A stretch of 64,000 nucleotides of DNA from Polyangiales bacterium (GTDB taxonomy: Bacteria > Myxococcota_A > Polyangia > Polyangiales > Ga0077539): positions 480,001 through 544,000 of the forward strand of contig JBGARZ010000004.1 in NCBI GenBank assembly GCA_044229975.1. Direction: 5' to 3'. Below the pieces are notes generated by a model. It was not told where the DNA came from and made no database searches. It was given only the letters and a program-made list of their open reading frames with translations. A program made the position numbers and the translations under genes. Below, piece after piece: positions 18,174 to 28,613 of the stretch; position 1 is the stretch's first letter; each line of letters starts with the position of its first letter.

Positions 18174-19121
18174 CTACGCGAGGCCCTGCGCCATCAGCAC
18201 GGCGGTGATCACCGCGGCCACCGTCACCGGGATGCTGAAGTTGTCGTCGAGCCGCTCGGACGACAGCTCCGTCACGGCCCCCGTCACGCCCGCGATCGCG
18301 CCCAGCAGCAGCGCCTGCGACCACGCCATCCCGTAGGCCGCCTTCAGCGTCAGCACACCCGCGATGGCCGCCACCACTGCGAAGGCGGCGGTGCCCTCCA
18401 CCGAGCGGCCGTTGGCCAGCCGCGTGCGACCGAAGCGGCGCCCCACCAGCGAGGCTGCCGGGTCGCCCACCGCCAGCGCCATCACCGCCACCGTGCACGC
18501 CGGCCGCGGAAACGCCGTCGCGATGAGCAGCAGCCCCGTCGTGAACCACGTCGAGGAGTTCACCCGCGTCCACTCGTGCGCATGCGCCACCGGCCCGAAG
18601 AACCGCATCAGCCGCGCGTTGATCGCCGGGCTGCGCACCCGAAGGAATTCCGACGTCCACGCGAACACCGCCACCACCAGGGGCAGCCCGATGAGCCACG
18701 CCCGCGTGGGGAGCAGCACCGTCAGCAGCGTCGACCCCACCCCCATCGCGACGTGCATCGCCATGCGCGTGCGGTTGGCCGGGCGGGGGGGACGGGCCGC
18801 CGCGGTCATGCGCTCCAGCGCCGCCGTCAGCGCCTCGTGCGCGGGCCGCACCTGCTCGTTGAAGCGCTCCCACGCCGCCTCGCTCGCCTCCACTGGGATC
18901 GCCCGCTCCAGCGTCTCCAGGGCCGTCGACAGGGCCTCGCGCAGGGCAGGCCCCCGGGGCTCCATCTCCGCCCGCAGCGCCGCCCGCAGCCGATCGGCGA
19001 GCTCGGTGGCCCGCTGTCGAAGGGCGGCCTGCTGCGCGGTCTGCGCCTCCTGGGCGGCTTCGAGAAGCGCCGAGAGTTCGTCCGCGATGTGCTGCCCCTC
19101 GACGCCGATGGTCACGGTCAT
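18174..19121 (-). CDS. CTP-dependent phytol/dolichol/diacylglycerol kinase family membrane protein
   Basis: R...H, GDPAASLVGRRFG, RSVEGT, DDNFSIP; N-terminal helical extension. Confidence 0.85.
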   Translation of the reverse strand: MTVTIGVEGQHIADELSALLEAAQEAQTAQQAALRQRATELADRLRAALRAEMEPRGPALREALSTALETLERAIPVEASEAAWERFNEQVRPAHEALTAALERMTAAARPPRPANRTRMAMHVAMGVGSTLLTVLLPTRAWLIGLPLVVAVFAWTSEFLRVRSPAINARLMRFFGPVAHAHEWTRVNSSTWFTTGLLLIATAFPRPACTVAVMALAVGDPAASLVGRRFGRTRLANGRSVEGTAAFAVVAAIAGVLTLKAAYGMAWSQALLLGAIAGVTGAVTELSSERLDDNFSIPVTVAAVITAVLMAQGLA

Positions 19122-19207
19122 GTCGAGTCGAAGCACTAGAGGCTCCGGCCCCATCGGTCAACCGACTGGCCGTCGGGAGGAGCGCGGACAAGATACCGTC
19201 CGCCCCG

Positions 19208-21292
19208 ATGAGCGACCCTCGGCCCCAGCACCCCGCCGTGGAGGTGGTCCGCGAGGCGCTGCGCTTCGCCCCGGTGCGCATGACCTTCGCCGCCGGTCTG
19301 CGCGCGGGCGTCGCGATGATCGTCCCGCTGCTGCTGGCGCACACGCTCCACGCGCCGGCGCTGTCGTGGGCCGGGCTCGCGGGCTTCCTCGTCTCCCTCG
19401 TGGACAAGGGCGGCGCCTACCGAACCCGCGCGTCGGCCATGGCGTGGGCCACCCTCGGCGCGTGCGTCGCCTCGGCCCTCGCGGGCATCGCGGGCGGGCG
19501 CCTCGACGCCTCGCTCCTGCTGGCCTTCGTCGGTGCGACCGCGCTCAGCTTCGTTCGCGTCTACGGTGGCGCCGCGGTGAGCGCCGGGCTCATCACCCTG
19601 GTGCTGCTGCTCGTCTCGCTCTCGCGCCCGGAGGCCGACCTCGCCCACGCCCTCCAGCGCGGCGCCTCGGCGGGCGCGGGTGGCCTCTGGGCCATGCTGC
19701 TCGCGCTCTCGCTCTGGACGATCCGTCTCTATCGCCCGGCGCGGATGACCATCGCGACGGCGCTGCGTCTGGTGGCCACGTACGCGACCCACGTCGCGAC
19801 GTTGCCCGTCGACGATGAGTCGTCGGCGGTGCTGCGGTCGGAGCGCGCGGCGATGCGGACCGCGATGGAGGAGGCTCGCTCGACGCTGGCCGCGACGCGC
19901 AAGGGTCGGCGCGGCGACACCGGGCGGGGCGAGCGGCTGCTCATCGTGTTGGAGAGCGCGGACCAGGCGTTTGCCGCGCTCGTGGCGCTGCGCGACGTGC
20001 TGGAGGGGCTGCGCGCGCAGGGACTCCACCGCGCGGCGGACACGGCGACGCCATCACTGAACGCGCTGTCGACGGTGGCCGAGCGACTGGCCGAGGCGGT
20101 GGCGACCGAGGCCGACGGCGCGGTGGCGCTACCGACATGGACGTGGGAGGGCGGGACGGAGGGCGACGCGGCGCTCGCGGGGGGATTGCTCAAGCGGGTT
20201 CATGCGCTGCTGGAGGAGGCGGCGGAGGCGACGGAGACGCTGGAAGACGACCGGCCCATCCGCGCGTCGGGCGTCGACCTCGTGGCGCCCGACGACCGCC
20301 CCGGAACGCCCGTCTGGCGCGAGCACTGGAGCCTGCGATCGTCGGTGCTGCGGCACTCGCTGCGGGTCGGTGTGACGGTGACGCTGGCCGTGTGGTTGAC
20401 GCACCTCTTCACGCTGGAGCGCGGCTACTGGGTGACGCTCGCGGCCGCGGTGATTCTCCAGCCGCAGTTGCCGGCGACGCTGTCGCGGGCGATCCAGCGG
20501 GTGCTGGGCACCGTGCTCGGCGGGGTGTTGGCGGCGCTGTTGCTGGCGGGCGTTCATGACCAGCGGGCGCTGCTGGCGATGGTGTTTGCGCTGGCGGTGG
20601 TGAGCGTCGCGGCGCAGCCGGTGAACTACGCGCTGTACTCGGCGCTGCTGACGCCGACGTTCATCCTGCTGGCGGAGACGAGCGCGCACGAGCCGGGCCT
20701 GGTGCGGGCGCGCATCGTCAACACGCTGCTGGGCGGGGCGTTGGCGCTGGTGGGCGCGCGGGTGCTGTGGCCGATGTCGGAGCGGGAGCTGTTTCCCAAC
20801 GCGGCGGCGGACGTCATCGACGCGGTGCGGGTGCTGGCGCGGGAGACGCTGACGGGCGTTCATGCGGGCGAGCGGTGGACGCGCGCGCGGCGGGAGGTGG
20901 GCGTGTCGCTGCTGGACGCCGACGCGTCGCTGCAACGATGGATGGCCGAGCGCCCGCGACGGGCGGCGGACGTCGAGGCGCCGATGGCCGTGGTGGTGTA
21001 CGCGCGGGGGCTGTCGTCGGCGCTGCTGGCGCTCGCGTCGGCGCGCGACCTGGCGGTGGAGGACGTCGACCTGCGGGGGTTCGCGGAGGCGCTGGACACG
21101 GAGATGGCGGAGGCGCGCGCGGCCATCGACGAGGGGCGGGCGCCGCGCGGCGACGAAGAGACGGCGGTGGCAGCAGAGGCGGGCGCGGTGGTGGATGAGT
21201 CGCTGCGACGGCGGGTGGAGCACGTGGCGCAGCAGTGGGCGACGCTGCGCGGGAGCATCGGGCGCTGGCTGCGAGCGGATGGGGCGGGGTGA
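19208..21292 (+). CDS. FUSC family (YccS/YhfK-like) membrane transporter
   Basis: Two TM blocks; RHSLRVG...ERGYWVTL...ILQP...RAIQRVLGTVLG...RIVNTLLG. Confidence 0.9.
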   Translation: MSDPRPQHPAVEVVREALRFAPVRMTFAAGLRAGVAMIVPLLLAHTLHAPALSWAGLAGFLVSLVDKGGAYRTRASAMAWATLGACVASALAGIAGGRLDASLLLAFVGATALSFVRVYGGAAVSAGLITLVLLLVSLSRPEADLAHALQRGASAGAGGLWAMLLALSLWTIRLYRPARMTIATALRLVATYATHVATLPVDDESSAVLRSERAAMRTAMEEARSTLAATRKGRRGDTGRGERLLIVLESADQAFAALVALRDVLEGLRAQGLHRAADTATPSLNALSTVAERLAEAVATEADGAVALPTWTWEGGTEGDAALAGGLLKRVHALLEEAAEATETLEDDRPIRASGVDLVAPDDRPGTPVWREHWSLRSSVLRHSLRVGVTVTLAVWLTHLFTLERGYWVTLAAAVILQPQLPATLSRAIQRVLGTVLGGVLAALLLAGVHDQRALLAMVFALAVVSVAAQPVNYALYSALLTPTFILLAETSAHEPGLVRARIVNTLLGGALALVGARVLWPMSERELFPNAAADVIDAVRVLARETLTGVHAGERWTRARREVGVSLLDADASLQRWMAERPRRAADVEAPMAVVVYARGLSSALLALASARDLAVEDVDLRGFAEALDTEMAEARAAIDEGRAPRGDEETAVAAEAGAVVDESLRRRVEHVAQQWATLRGSIGRWLRADGAG

Positions 21293-21307
21293 GCGGATAG
21301 CCGTCTC

Positions 21308-21895
21308 TCACGCCCCCCGAAACGCATCGACGTGCAGCGCCACCCAGAACGCCGCCGCATACCGCGCCGGACCCAATAGCGCCTCGTCGGACAACCCCCG
21401 CGCCTGCTCCCCGGTGAGGTCGCCGTGCGCGTCGTCCGCCTGGAGGTGCGTCATCACGAAGCGCACCTGCGTGCGCTCCAGCCCGAGCCGCGCGAGCTGC
21501 GCCGGAACATCACCCGCCAGGTGTCGCGCGACGTTTTCCAGCGCGTGCAGCGAGCCCAGCCACGTCGCCGGGTCGTCGCTCTCCATCCAGTACCGATGGA
21601 AGTCTGCGACCCCCGCGGGCGCCGTCTCCGACACCGTCCCGCCCAGCGTCGCGAGGTCGGCTTCCGCGAGACGGTAGTGCCCGCTCTCCTCTCGCGCGAG
21701 CTCCGCGAAGAACGCCCGCATCGCCTCCGTCGGCGCCCGCTCGGCCGCGTGCCGGAGGCGCTCCCCGCTGCCGCGCGTGTAGTGGACCATCGCGTCGAGG
21801 AAGCGCGCATACCCCGCGCGGTCGAGCCCGCTGAGGTAGGGCCGCACCCGCGCGGCCATCTCCGCCGGGATCGTTGAGAGCTCGGTGTCGTTCAT
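21308..21895 (-). CDS. Heme-oxygenase-like (iron-containing redox enzyme) protein
   Basis: EESGH...DL..LG, GSLHALE, FVMTHLQADDAH metal-ligand pattern. Confidence 0.75.
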   Translation of the reverse strand: MNDTELSTIPAEMAARVRPYLSGLDRAGYARFLDAMVHYTRGSGERLRHAAERAPTEAMRAFFAELAREESGHYRLAEADLATLGGTVSETAPAGVADFHRYWMESDDPATWLGSLHALENVARHLAGDVPAQLARLGLERTQVRFVMTHLQADDAHGDLTGEQARGLSDEALLGPARYAAAFWVALHVDAFRGA

Positions 21896-22021
21896 CGGTG
21901 TGAGTGGGTCGGCCGTCGACGCCGCGTCGTCAAGCCGCCAGGCCCGTCAAAAATCCCCGAGAACCTCTGCGGCCTCGTGGTGTCATCGCCAGCACCACCG
22001 ATGTCTACCGCCGACCACCGC

Positions 22022-22921
22022 ATGGGCCGCCGGCCCTGGCTCCTGGGCCTCGCGTCGCTCGCTCTCCCGCGCCTCGCGGCCGCGCAGACCGTCACTCCCC
22101 TCGTCGTCGCCATCACCGAGCCCGACGCGGGCGTCGGCCTCGCGGGCGACACGGCCCGGCTCGTCGCCACCGTCAGCGACCCCACCGTGCTCACCGCCCA
22201 GGTCACCGTGCATGGCATCACCTACGAGGTGCCGGTGCGCGACGGTCGCGTCGAGCAGACCTTCGTCACGCTGCCGGGCGCCAACCGCGTCGCCGTCAGC
22301 GCGCGCCGCGGCGCCACCGTCGCCCGCGACTCGGTGACCTTCCACGTCGACGGCGATCCGGTCGACCTCGTGGTGCTCCTCGGCTGGTCGGCCCGCGGCG
22401 AGATCATCGACCTCTGGGTGCGCGAACCCGACGGCGAGACCTGCAAATGGGACCACCGCGAGACCTCCCACGGCGGTCGCCTCCTCGACTTCTCCAGCGA
22501 CGCCATCGGCTTCGGCTCGCAGGCGTACCTCCGCGCCTCCGTCACGCCCGGTCGCTACCGCCTCAAGGTGCACTACTGGTCCGACAGCGCGCGCCGATCG
22601 ACCCGCGACGACGACGCCTTCGCGACGTCCCTCGAACGCCTCCACGCCATCGACGATCGCCTGCGCGAGAACCCTCCGCCCGCCGAGGCCCGGCAGCTCA
22701 CCACCGAGCGCCTCGACGTCATCGCCCGCCTCGACACCTGGGGTCGCCCGAGCGGCGTGCAGACCCCGCTGCACGCCGAGGTGCTGCTCTTCGCCAACAC
22801 ACCGCGCGAGCGACGCTGGCGCTTCGAGCTCACCGCGCAACGCACCGGTCAGCTCCAGACGCTCGGCGAGGTCGAGATCACCGCCGCCATGCTCGGCGCC
22901 GCGCGCAGGAGCCCGACGTGA
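22022..22921 (+). CDS. DUF2135/YfaP-like secreted protein
   Basis: Signal (GRRPWLLGLASLAL..AAA); LVVLLGW...IDLWVREPDGE...GGRLLD...GFG...GRYRLKVHYW. Confidence 0.8.
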   Translation: MGRRPWLLGLASLALPRLAAAQTVTPLVVAITEPDAGVGLAGDTARLVATVSDPTVLTAQVTVHGITYEVPVRDGRVEQTFVTLPGANRVAVSARRGATVARDSVTFHVDGDPVDLVVLLGWSARGEIIDLWVREPDGETCKWDHRETSHGGRLLDFSSDAIGFGSQAYLRASVTPGRYRLKVHYWSDSARRSTRDDDAFATSLERLHAIDDRLRENPPPAEARQLTTERLDVIARLDTWGRPSGVQTPLHAEVLLFANTPRERRWRFELTAQRTGQLQTLGEVEITAAMLGAARRSPT

Positions 22922-25900
22922 CCCGCCGCCCCGCGCTCCTCTCCGCGCTGCTCGTGCTCACCCCCGCAGCCCGCGCGTTTGACCCCACCGACGTCGGGCT
23001 GCCCTTCCACCGACCCGAACGACCGTTTCTGCTGCTGGACGCCGAGCGACGGATGTTGCCCAACACACCCGCCTCGGTGCGTGTGCAGCTCCGCGGCGGC
23101 GGAACCGTCCGCGTCGCTACCTTCCGCCTGCGCGACCCGGAGCCCTGGGCCCGTCGCGCGCAAGAGCCCGACGGCATCGCGATCGCGGGCGACGCCGTGG
23201 GTCACACCTGCGAGTCGCTGTTGCGCACGCAAGGCCCGCTGCCGCGACGTGATGGTGCGCTGGAGCTGGTGCGCGACGAGTCGTTGACCCTCACTCCGCC
23301 CGCGGCGGTGCGGCGCACGCCCGGCGTCGAGACCGAGGCCTACGACTCCAGCGACTCCGACGAAGGAACCGTCGAGACCCGCTGGGTGCACGCGGGGCGT
23401 TGGAGTGACCAGCGCATCTCGTTGGGTGTGCTGCCGGAGGGGCTGTACCTGGTGCGCGTTCATGCGGGGGCGTACGCCGCGAGCGCGCTGGTGTCCGTGA
23501 GCGACCTCACGCTGCTGGTGCGCCGGGGCGATCGCCACGACGTCGTCGCCACCGCCACCGCCGACGGAACGCCTCTGCCCAACGTCGAGGTCTCCGTCAG
23601 CGCCCCGTCGGGTGATGGCCTCGTGCGCTCGCCCACCGATGCTCACGGCGAGCTGCGCCTCGACGCCGCCGACGCCTTCCAGCGCCGCTTCGTCGCGCAC
23701 CGCGGGGACGCCTGGGCCTGGGCCGACGCCTCGCACGCGCGCCTCGACGCCTGCGACGTGCGCGTCTACCTCGACCCGGGGCGCCCGGTGTTTCGCCGCG
23801 GCGAGACGCTGCACCTGCGCGGTCACGTGCGCGGTTGTGTCAACGGCCGCGATGTCCCGCTCGCGCGCGAGTCCGTCACCGTGCAGGACCACGACGCCCC
23901 GCACCCGACCCCGAGCACCACGATGCTCACCGACGCCGACGGCAACTTCGTCACCGAGTACACCGTCGCCACGACGGAGCTGCGGGCGCTGGTGCGCGGG
24001 CGTTCGCACGTCCGCACCATCGTGATCGACCACCGCGCGCTGCCGCAGCGGGCGCTGGTGGTGACCGCCGATCGTGGCTTCGCGGCGGCGGGCGAGACGG
24101 TGCGCGTGCGGGCGAGCGACGACGCGGGTCGCTGGCCCACCGAGGCGACGGTGACCTTCGAGCTGATGGGTCAACGACGGCAGGCGACGGTGGGCCCCGA
24201 CCACGCCGCGGAGGTGAGCTTCATCGTTGCGGGCGTGAACGAGGCGGCGCACCGCGAGGTGGTCACCGCGTCGCTGGCCCACGACGGACGTGTGACGCAA
24301 GCGCAGACGGAGGTGTGGACGGGTCGCAACCCGGTGCTGCTGCATGTCGAGTCGGCGGGCGGCGGGTCGCCCGTGGTGTGGGCGCGCGCCGAAAACCTCG
24401 GCGGCGAGGCGCTCGCGCGGGGCTTGTCGTTGCGGGTGTTCGGCAGTGACGGCAACCGCGCGGTGGGCGCGGCGCGCTGGACGGGCCGCGTCGAGACGGC
24501 GACGAGCGGGGACGTGCGGACGGAGGTGGGCTTGCCGGGCGCGGGCCCATGGTGGGTGACCGTGGCCGACGAGCGCGGAGAGGCCGCCGAGACCGGGACC
24601 GTGGTGTGGGAGCGCGAGCGCCCGCCGGGACTGGGCGCGCGGGGATCGCTGTCGGTCCGTCCATCGCGAGCGACGGTGGTGGCGGGCGAGTCGCTGCCGG
24701 TGGACGTGACGCGCCCGGCGCGCGGCGCGACGTGGGTGACGCTGGAGCAGTCGGGCGTGTGGGCGAGCGCGTGGATTCCTGCTGGGTCTCCGCGCGCGGG
24801 GCAGGCGTGGTGGCAGACGGTGATGAGCGTTCCGGCGGATGCGAGCGGCGGAGCGTCGGTGGTGGCGACGCACCTCGCGGCCGGAGCAGTGGACAGCGCG
24901 ACGGCGGTGGCGGGCGTGTCGGCGGCGCCGCCCTTGGCGCTGCGAGTGGAGACCGACGCGCGGGTCTACGCGGAGGGCGCGCGGATGCACGCGGTGGTCA
25001 CGGCGCGTAGCCCCGATGGTGCGCCGCGCGACGGAGTGTTGAGCCTGTGGCTGGCCGACGCGGGCTACTGGGATCTCACCGAAGAGCGCTATCCGTCCGT
25101 CGACGCGATGTTGATGATCCCCGGGCGACCGGCGAGCGGAGCGGACAGCGCGCGGCCGCGGCACTGGGGCGCCGACGAGGGACGTCACCTCGATCCGCAC
25201 GCCCATTGGGACGGCCACGACCTCCCCCACGTCACCCGCTACGACGCCTGGAACGCCGGCGGCAACCTCGTCACCTTCACCGCTCGCGGGACTCTCGGTG
25301 CGCTCGCCGACGCGCTCGCCCGCGCGGCTGGTCTGCGCTCCGCGGTGGTGTGCGAGGCGCGCAATCGCACGCTGGGCACCGCTTCGTTGGACGCGACGGA
25401 CGTGCCCTGGGACCTGCTCGCTGCTCGCGTTGCGACGCGCACGGACACGCACGCGTGGGTCTCCGGCGACGTGCTGCACCTGAGCTGCGAGGAGGGCCCG
25501 TCGGTGGGCTTCGGCGGCCTCGGATCGGGCTCGGGTTCGGGCGCGGGCTACGGCGGCCTCGGAGGGCGGGGAGCGGGGCGCGAGCAGCGGCTGGAGGGCG
25601 ATCTGTTCTTCCTGGGGGCGCGTCGTCTCGGGGCGAGCGGTCGGCTGGAGCTGGACATCCCGTTGCCCGCGCATCCGGGTCGTTGGCGCTTGCAGGCGCT
25701 GGCCATCGACGATCGCGGACGGGGCGATCGGGCCTTCGCGGTGGTGGCGACGTCGCGCGCGCTGACGGCCTCGGTCGACGCGCCGACGGTGCTGCGACCG
25801 GGCGATCGCGCGGGCGGCGCGCTGACGGTGCACGCGCCCTCGCTGGCGGGGCAGCGGGTGGAGGTCGCGCTGGAGGGCGACGGGGTGACGGTGGCGTCGG

Positions 25901-27591
25901 CGCCGGGCGTGGTGACGCTCGACGCGCGGGGTGATGCGCGGGCGGCGTTTACGGTGACGGCGACGCGGTCGGGCGCGGCGACGGTGGTGGGTCGCGCGCG
26001 GGTGGGCAGCGCGCAGGACGCGGTGCGCGCTGGGATCACGGTGCGCGAGGACGACGCGGTGCAGCCGATGGCGCTGCGCTACACGGTGGCGGGTGAGGCG
26101 ACGGACGTGGACGTCGCGGTTCCGGCGCTGTCGCGGGCGGGCGAGCTGCGGGTGTCGGTGGACACCGGGGTGGCCGAGCAGGTCGACGAGGCGCTGACGT
26201 CGCTCTCGACGCCGCGGTGGGCCGTGCCCTTCGTGCTGGTGCAGCGGCTCCGGTCGCTGAGCACGCTGGCGGGGGTCATCAACGGGCTGCCCGATGCCCA
26301 GCGCAACGAGTGGTCGGGCCGCGTGGACGATGCGTTGGCCTCGACCGAGGAGCAGCTCCGAACGATGCGGGGGATGGACGGCGCGGTGGGCTGGTGGCGC
26401 ACGAGCCCGTCGAGCGGATGGCTGACGGCGACGCTGCTGGTGGGCCTCGGGCCCGCCGCGCACGGCCGACACTGGAACGACGCGTGGGCGTACGTTCGCG
26501 AGCGCGCGGCGGTGGCGCGCGGCGACGAGGCCGGGCGCATCGTGCAGGCGCTCGCGATGAGCCGGACGGAGAGCGATCGGGTGCTCGGGCGGGCGGTGCT
26601 CGGGGCGTTGGCGGCGGACACGACGCTCTCGCTCGACGCGACGCGCGGCGCGTACGTGGCGGCGCGGCAGCTCGATCGGGCGGCGGCGCCGCGGTGGTCG
26701 GCGCGGTTGACGACGGCGGTGGAGGCGGTGCTCGGCGCGAGGCCGCGGGTGACCTGCGGCGGGGTGCCGTGGTTCGCGTGTTACGGGCAGGAGCAGCAGT
26801 GGGCGTCGGAGGCGCGGGCGATGGCCACGCTGGCGGCGGGCGACGCGGCGAGCAGTGAGCTGCGGGCGCGGATGGCGACGTGGCTCGCGGCGCGACCGGC
26901 GTCGACGGCGACGTGGTGGTGGGGGAGCGCGGACGCGGACGTGGCGTGGCTGCGGTCGCGGCTGACTTCGGGGGCGGGCGCGTCGACGCGCTTCACGGTG
27001 CGCGTGGGCGGCCGCGAGGTGGCGCAGGGCGACAGCGCGCACCCGGTGACGGTGATGGTGCGCGAAGCGAGCACGGTGCTGGTCTCACTGGGGGCGTCAC
27101 CGGGGAGGCTGGTGCGGGTGCGGGTGGATGGCGCGTTGGCGCTCGCGCCGGTGACGGCACCGACCGGGACGGTGGGGTTGGAGCGGCGCATCGACGTGAC
27201 GGCGGAGGGTCCGTCGCTGGCGCTGCGGTGGACGCTGGCGCGCGAGGCGACGGGGGTGGAGCTGGTGGTTCCGCTGCCGGCGGGCGTGGAGGTGGCGCGG
27301 ATGGCGGGCGGTCGCGCGAGGGTGCGAGCGACGGAGCAGGAGCTGGTGTGGTGGGGGCCGCTCGACCGGGGCCCCAGCGCGCTGCGGCCGATGATCGAGC
27401 GGCGCGACGGGGCGCTGGTGCTGCGGATGGAGCGACTGAACGCGGGGGCGCACACGCTGACGCTGCCGCTGGTGGCGAGCGCGACGGGTCACTTCACGGC
27501 GGGCGGCGCGTGGCTGCGCAGCGACGACCCGACGGTGTGGTCGGTGACGCCGTCGGTGGTGCTGGAGGTGCCAACCGAACGATCGCCGTGA
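22918..27591 (+). CDS. Bacterial alpha-2-macroglobulin family protein (YfaS-like, no thioester)
   Basis: GTG 22918 overlaps upstream TGA; signal peptide; GLYLV, VSDL.L, VYLD..RPVFRRGE, TDADG, LP...GRWRLQA, LRPGD, DG.VGWW. Confidence 0.85.
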   Translation: MTRRPALLSALLVLTPAARAFDPTDVGLPFHRPERPFLLLDAERRMLPNTPASVRVQLRGGGTVRVATFRLRDPEPWARRAQEPDGIAIAGDAVGHTCESLLRTQGPLPRRDGALELVRDESLTLTPPAAVRRTPGVETEAYDSSDSDEGTVETRWVHAGRWSDQRISLGVLPEGLYLVRVHAGAYAASALVSVSDLTLLVRRGDRHDVVATATADGTPLPNVEVSVSAPSGDGLVRSPTDAHGELRLDAADAFQRRFVAHRGDAWAWADASHARLDACDVRVYLDPGRPVFRRGETLHLRGHVRGCVNGRDVPLARESVTVQDHDAPHPTPSTTMLTDADGNFVTEYTVATTELRALVRGRSHVRTIVIDHRALPQRALVVTADRGFAAAGETVRVRASDDAGRWPTEATVTFELMGQRRQATVGPDHAAEVSFIVAGVNEAAHREVVTASLAHDGRVTQAQTEVWTGRNPVLLHVESAGGGSPVVWARAENLGGEALARGLSLRVFGSDGNRAVGAARWTGRVETATSGDVRTEVGLPGAGPWWVTVADERGEAAETGTVVWERERPPGLGARGSLSVRPSRATVVAGESLPVDVTRPARGATWVTLEQSGVWASAWIPAGSPRAGQAWWQTVMSVPADASGGASVVATHLAAGAVDSATAVAGVSAAPPLALRVETDARVYAEGARMHAVVTARSPDGAPRDGVLSLWLADAGYWDLTEERYPSVDAMLMIPGRPASGADSARPRHWGADEGRHLDPHAHWDGHDLPHVTRYDAWNAGGNLVTFTARGTLGALADALARAAGLRSAVVCEARNRTLGTASLDATDVPWDLLAARVATRTDTHAWVSGDVLHLSCEEGPSVGFGGLGSGSGSGAGYGGLGGRGAGREQRLEGDLFFLGARRLGASGRLELDIPLPAHPGRWRLQALAIDDRGRGDRAFAVVATSRALTASVDAPTVLRPGDRAGGALTVHAPSLAGQRVEVALEGDGVTVASAPGVVTLDARGDARAAFTVTATRSGAATVVGRARVGSAQDAVRAGITVREDDAVQPMALRYTVAGEATDVDVAVPALSRAGELRVSVDTGVAEQVDEALTSLSTPRWAVPFVLVQRLRSLSTLAGVINGLPDAQRNEWSGRVDDALASTEEQLRTMRGMDGAVGWWRTSPSSGWLTATLLVGLGPAAHGRHWNDAWAYVRERAAVARGDEAGRIVQALAMSRTESDRVLGRAVLGALAADTTLSLDATRGAYVAARQLDRAAAPRWSARLTTAVEAVLGARPRVTCGGVPWFACYGQEQQWASEARAMATLAAGDAASSELRARMATWLAARPASTATWWWGSADADVAWLRSRLTSGAGASTRFTVRVGGREVAQGDSAHPVTVMVREASTVLVSLGASPGRLVRVRVDGALALAPVTAPTGTVGLERRIDVTAEGPSLALRWTLAREATGVELVVPLPAGVEVARMAGGRARVRATEQELVWWGPLDRGPSALRPMIERRDGALVLRMERLNAGAHTLTLPLVASATGHFTAGGAWLRSDDPTVWSVTPSVVLEVPTERSP

Positions 27592-27594
27592 TCG

Positions 27595-28167
27595 TTGGAA
27601 GTGTCCGTCGGAACGGCTACCGTCGGCGCTGTGAGTGACCTCATCGAACTGGATCTGGACCGCATCGGAGAGTGCAGCGTGATGGGTCCTGCCGTCCTGA
27701 ACAGTCGGCGCGATGCCGCGTCGGTGAATCTCCAGCAGGCGCACGCCGAGACATCGCCGGTCGCGACGACATCGATCGAGGACCCCACTAACCAGAGAGC
27801 CGGGCTTCTCCGCTGGACGCCGCCCCAACAGCGAGAACGCGACGATCACGCCAATCAGCTCAAGGCGTCGGAGGATGGCGCAGAGGCCGTCGCGATCGTC
27901 ACCGCCTATCGCGCTCTCGGCTATCAGACCGTCGGCCGAGCGCATCACGGAAGCGGGTCTGACCTGCTGATGCGGCGCCCCGGCGCCCCCGCGGATGACA
28001 TCGTCAGGTTGGAGGTGAGCGGCATCGTTGGAAAGGCGAGTTCGACGACCCGATTGAAGGAGAAGGTCGCTGAGCTCCGCAAAGGAAACCTCAAGCGTCC
28101 GGGCGTGGCGATGGTCGTCGCGTTCAGCGAGAGCCCCGTACGAATCCGGCTGGAAGAAGTCCGATGA
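27595..28167 (+). CDS. Hypothetical protein with restriction-endonuclease-like PD-(D/E)XK pattern
   Basis: ASEDGAEAVA...GSGSDLLM...VRLEVSGI...RLKEK...MVVAF; start may be GTG 27631. Confidence 0.6.
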   Translation: MEVSVGTATVGAVSDLIELDLDRIGECSVMGPAVLNSRRDAASVNLQQAHAETSPVATTSIEDPTNQRAGLLRWTPPQQRERDDHANQLKASEDGAEAVAIVTAYRALGYQTVGRAHHGSGSDLLMRRPGAPADDIVRLEVSGIVGKASSTTRLKEKVAELRKGNLKRPGVAMVVAFSESPVRIRLEEVR

Positions 28168-28613
28168 GCGAGGTCTTCGATGATCCGCGGTGGCGTCAGA
28201 GTGAGGAGCAGGCCGTCGAGGCGGAGCATGCTTCCGATCGAGGTGACCTCGCGGGCGCCCGGTCACTCTACCGACGCGCGGCGGAACAGGCTGGAGCGTT
28301 CGCGCTCTCCATCGACGGGAGCATGCCGCGCACGCGCGCCATCGCGGCCGTAACGGCGGTCGTCCTGGCGGCCCGCGGCGGGGACTTCCATCAAGCGGTG
28401 ATGCTGGCCGAGATGTTCCTCGCGTCGCCCGGAAGTCTTCCCGTCGAAGGAGTGGCTGAACTGGAGACGCTCCGTGCGAGCTACCTGCACACTCTCGCGA
28501 CAAGCACATCGCCGAAGTCCAACGGCCCGCGAACGGGAAACGCGATGAAGGCCTGGCGGCAGGGGATTCGGAACCAGTTTCACGCGGACGCTGCGCACCG
28601 AGAGGCCGCGTGA
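28164..28613 (+). CDS. Small alpha-helical (TPR-like) hypothetical protein
   Basis: ATGA overlap with upstream gene; AVEAE..S.RGD..GA..LYRRAA, RTRAIAAVTA..LA..GGD...A..LA. Confidence 0.65.
   Translation: MSEVFDDPRWRQSEEQAVEAEHASDRGDLAGARSLYRRAAEQAGAFALSIDGSMPRTRAIAAVTAVVLAARGGDFHQAVMLAEMFLASPGSLPVEGVAELETLRASYLHTLATSTSPKSNGPRTGNAMKAWRQGIRNQFHADAAHREAA

Noticed and set aside
21308..21895. Heme-oxygenase-like protein as the missing PqqC
   Set aside because: Same broad fold class but no recognisable PqqC sequence motifs, and ~6.5 kb from pqqAB with unrelated genes between
21904..22917. N-terminal 338 aa of the 1895-aa ORF
   Set aside because: Arg-rich off-frame read of the DUF2135 gene; the real alpha-2-macroglobulin start is GTG 22918 with a signal peptide
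22849..27042. 1397-aa antisense ORF and similar long shadow ORFs (e.g. 39032-41245 extension, 45137-47527, 53437-55560)
   Set aside because: Expected stop-poor shadow frames of real genes in very GC-rich DNA; R/A/P-rich with no motifs
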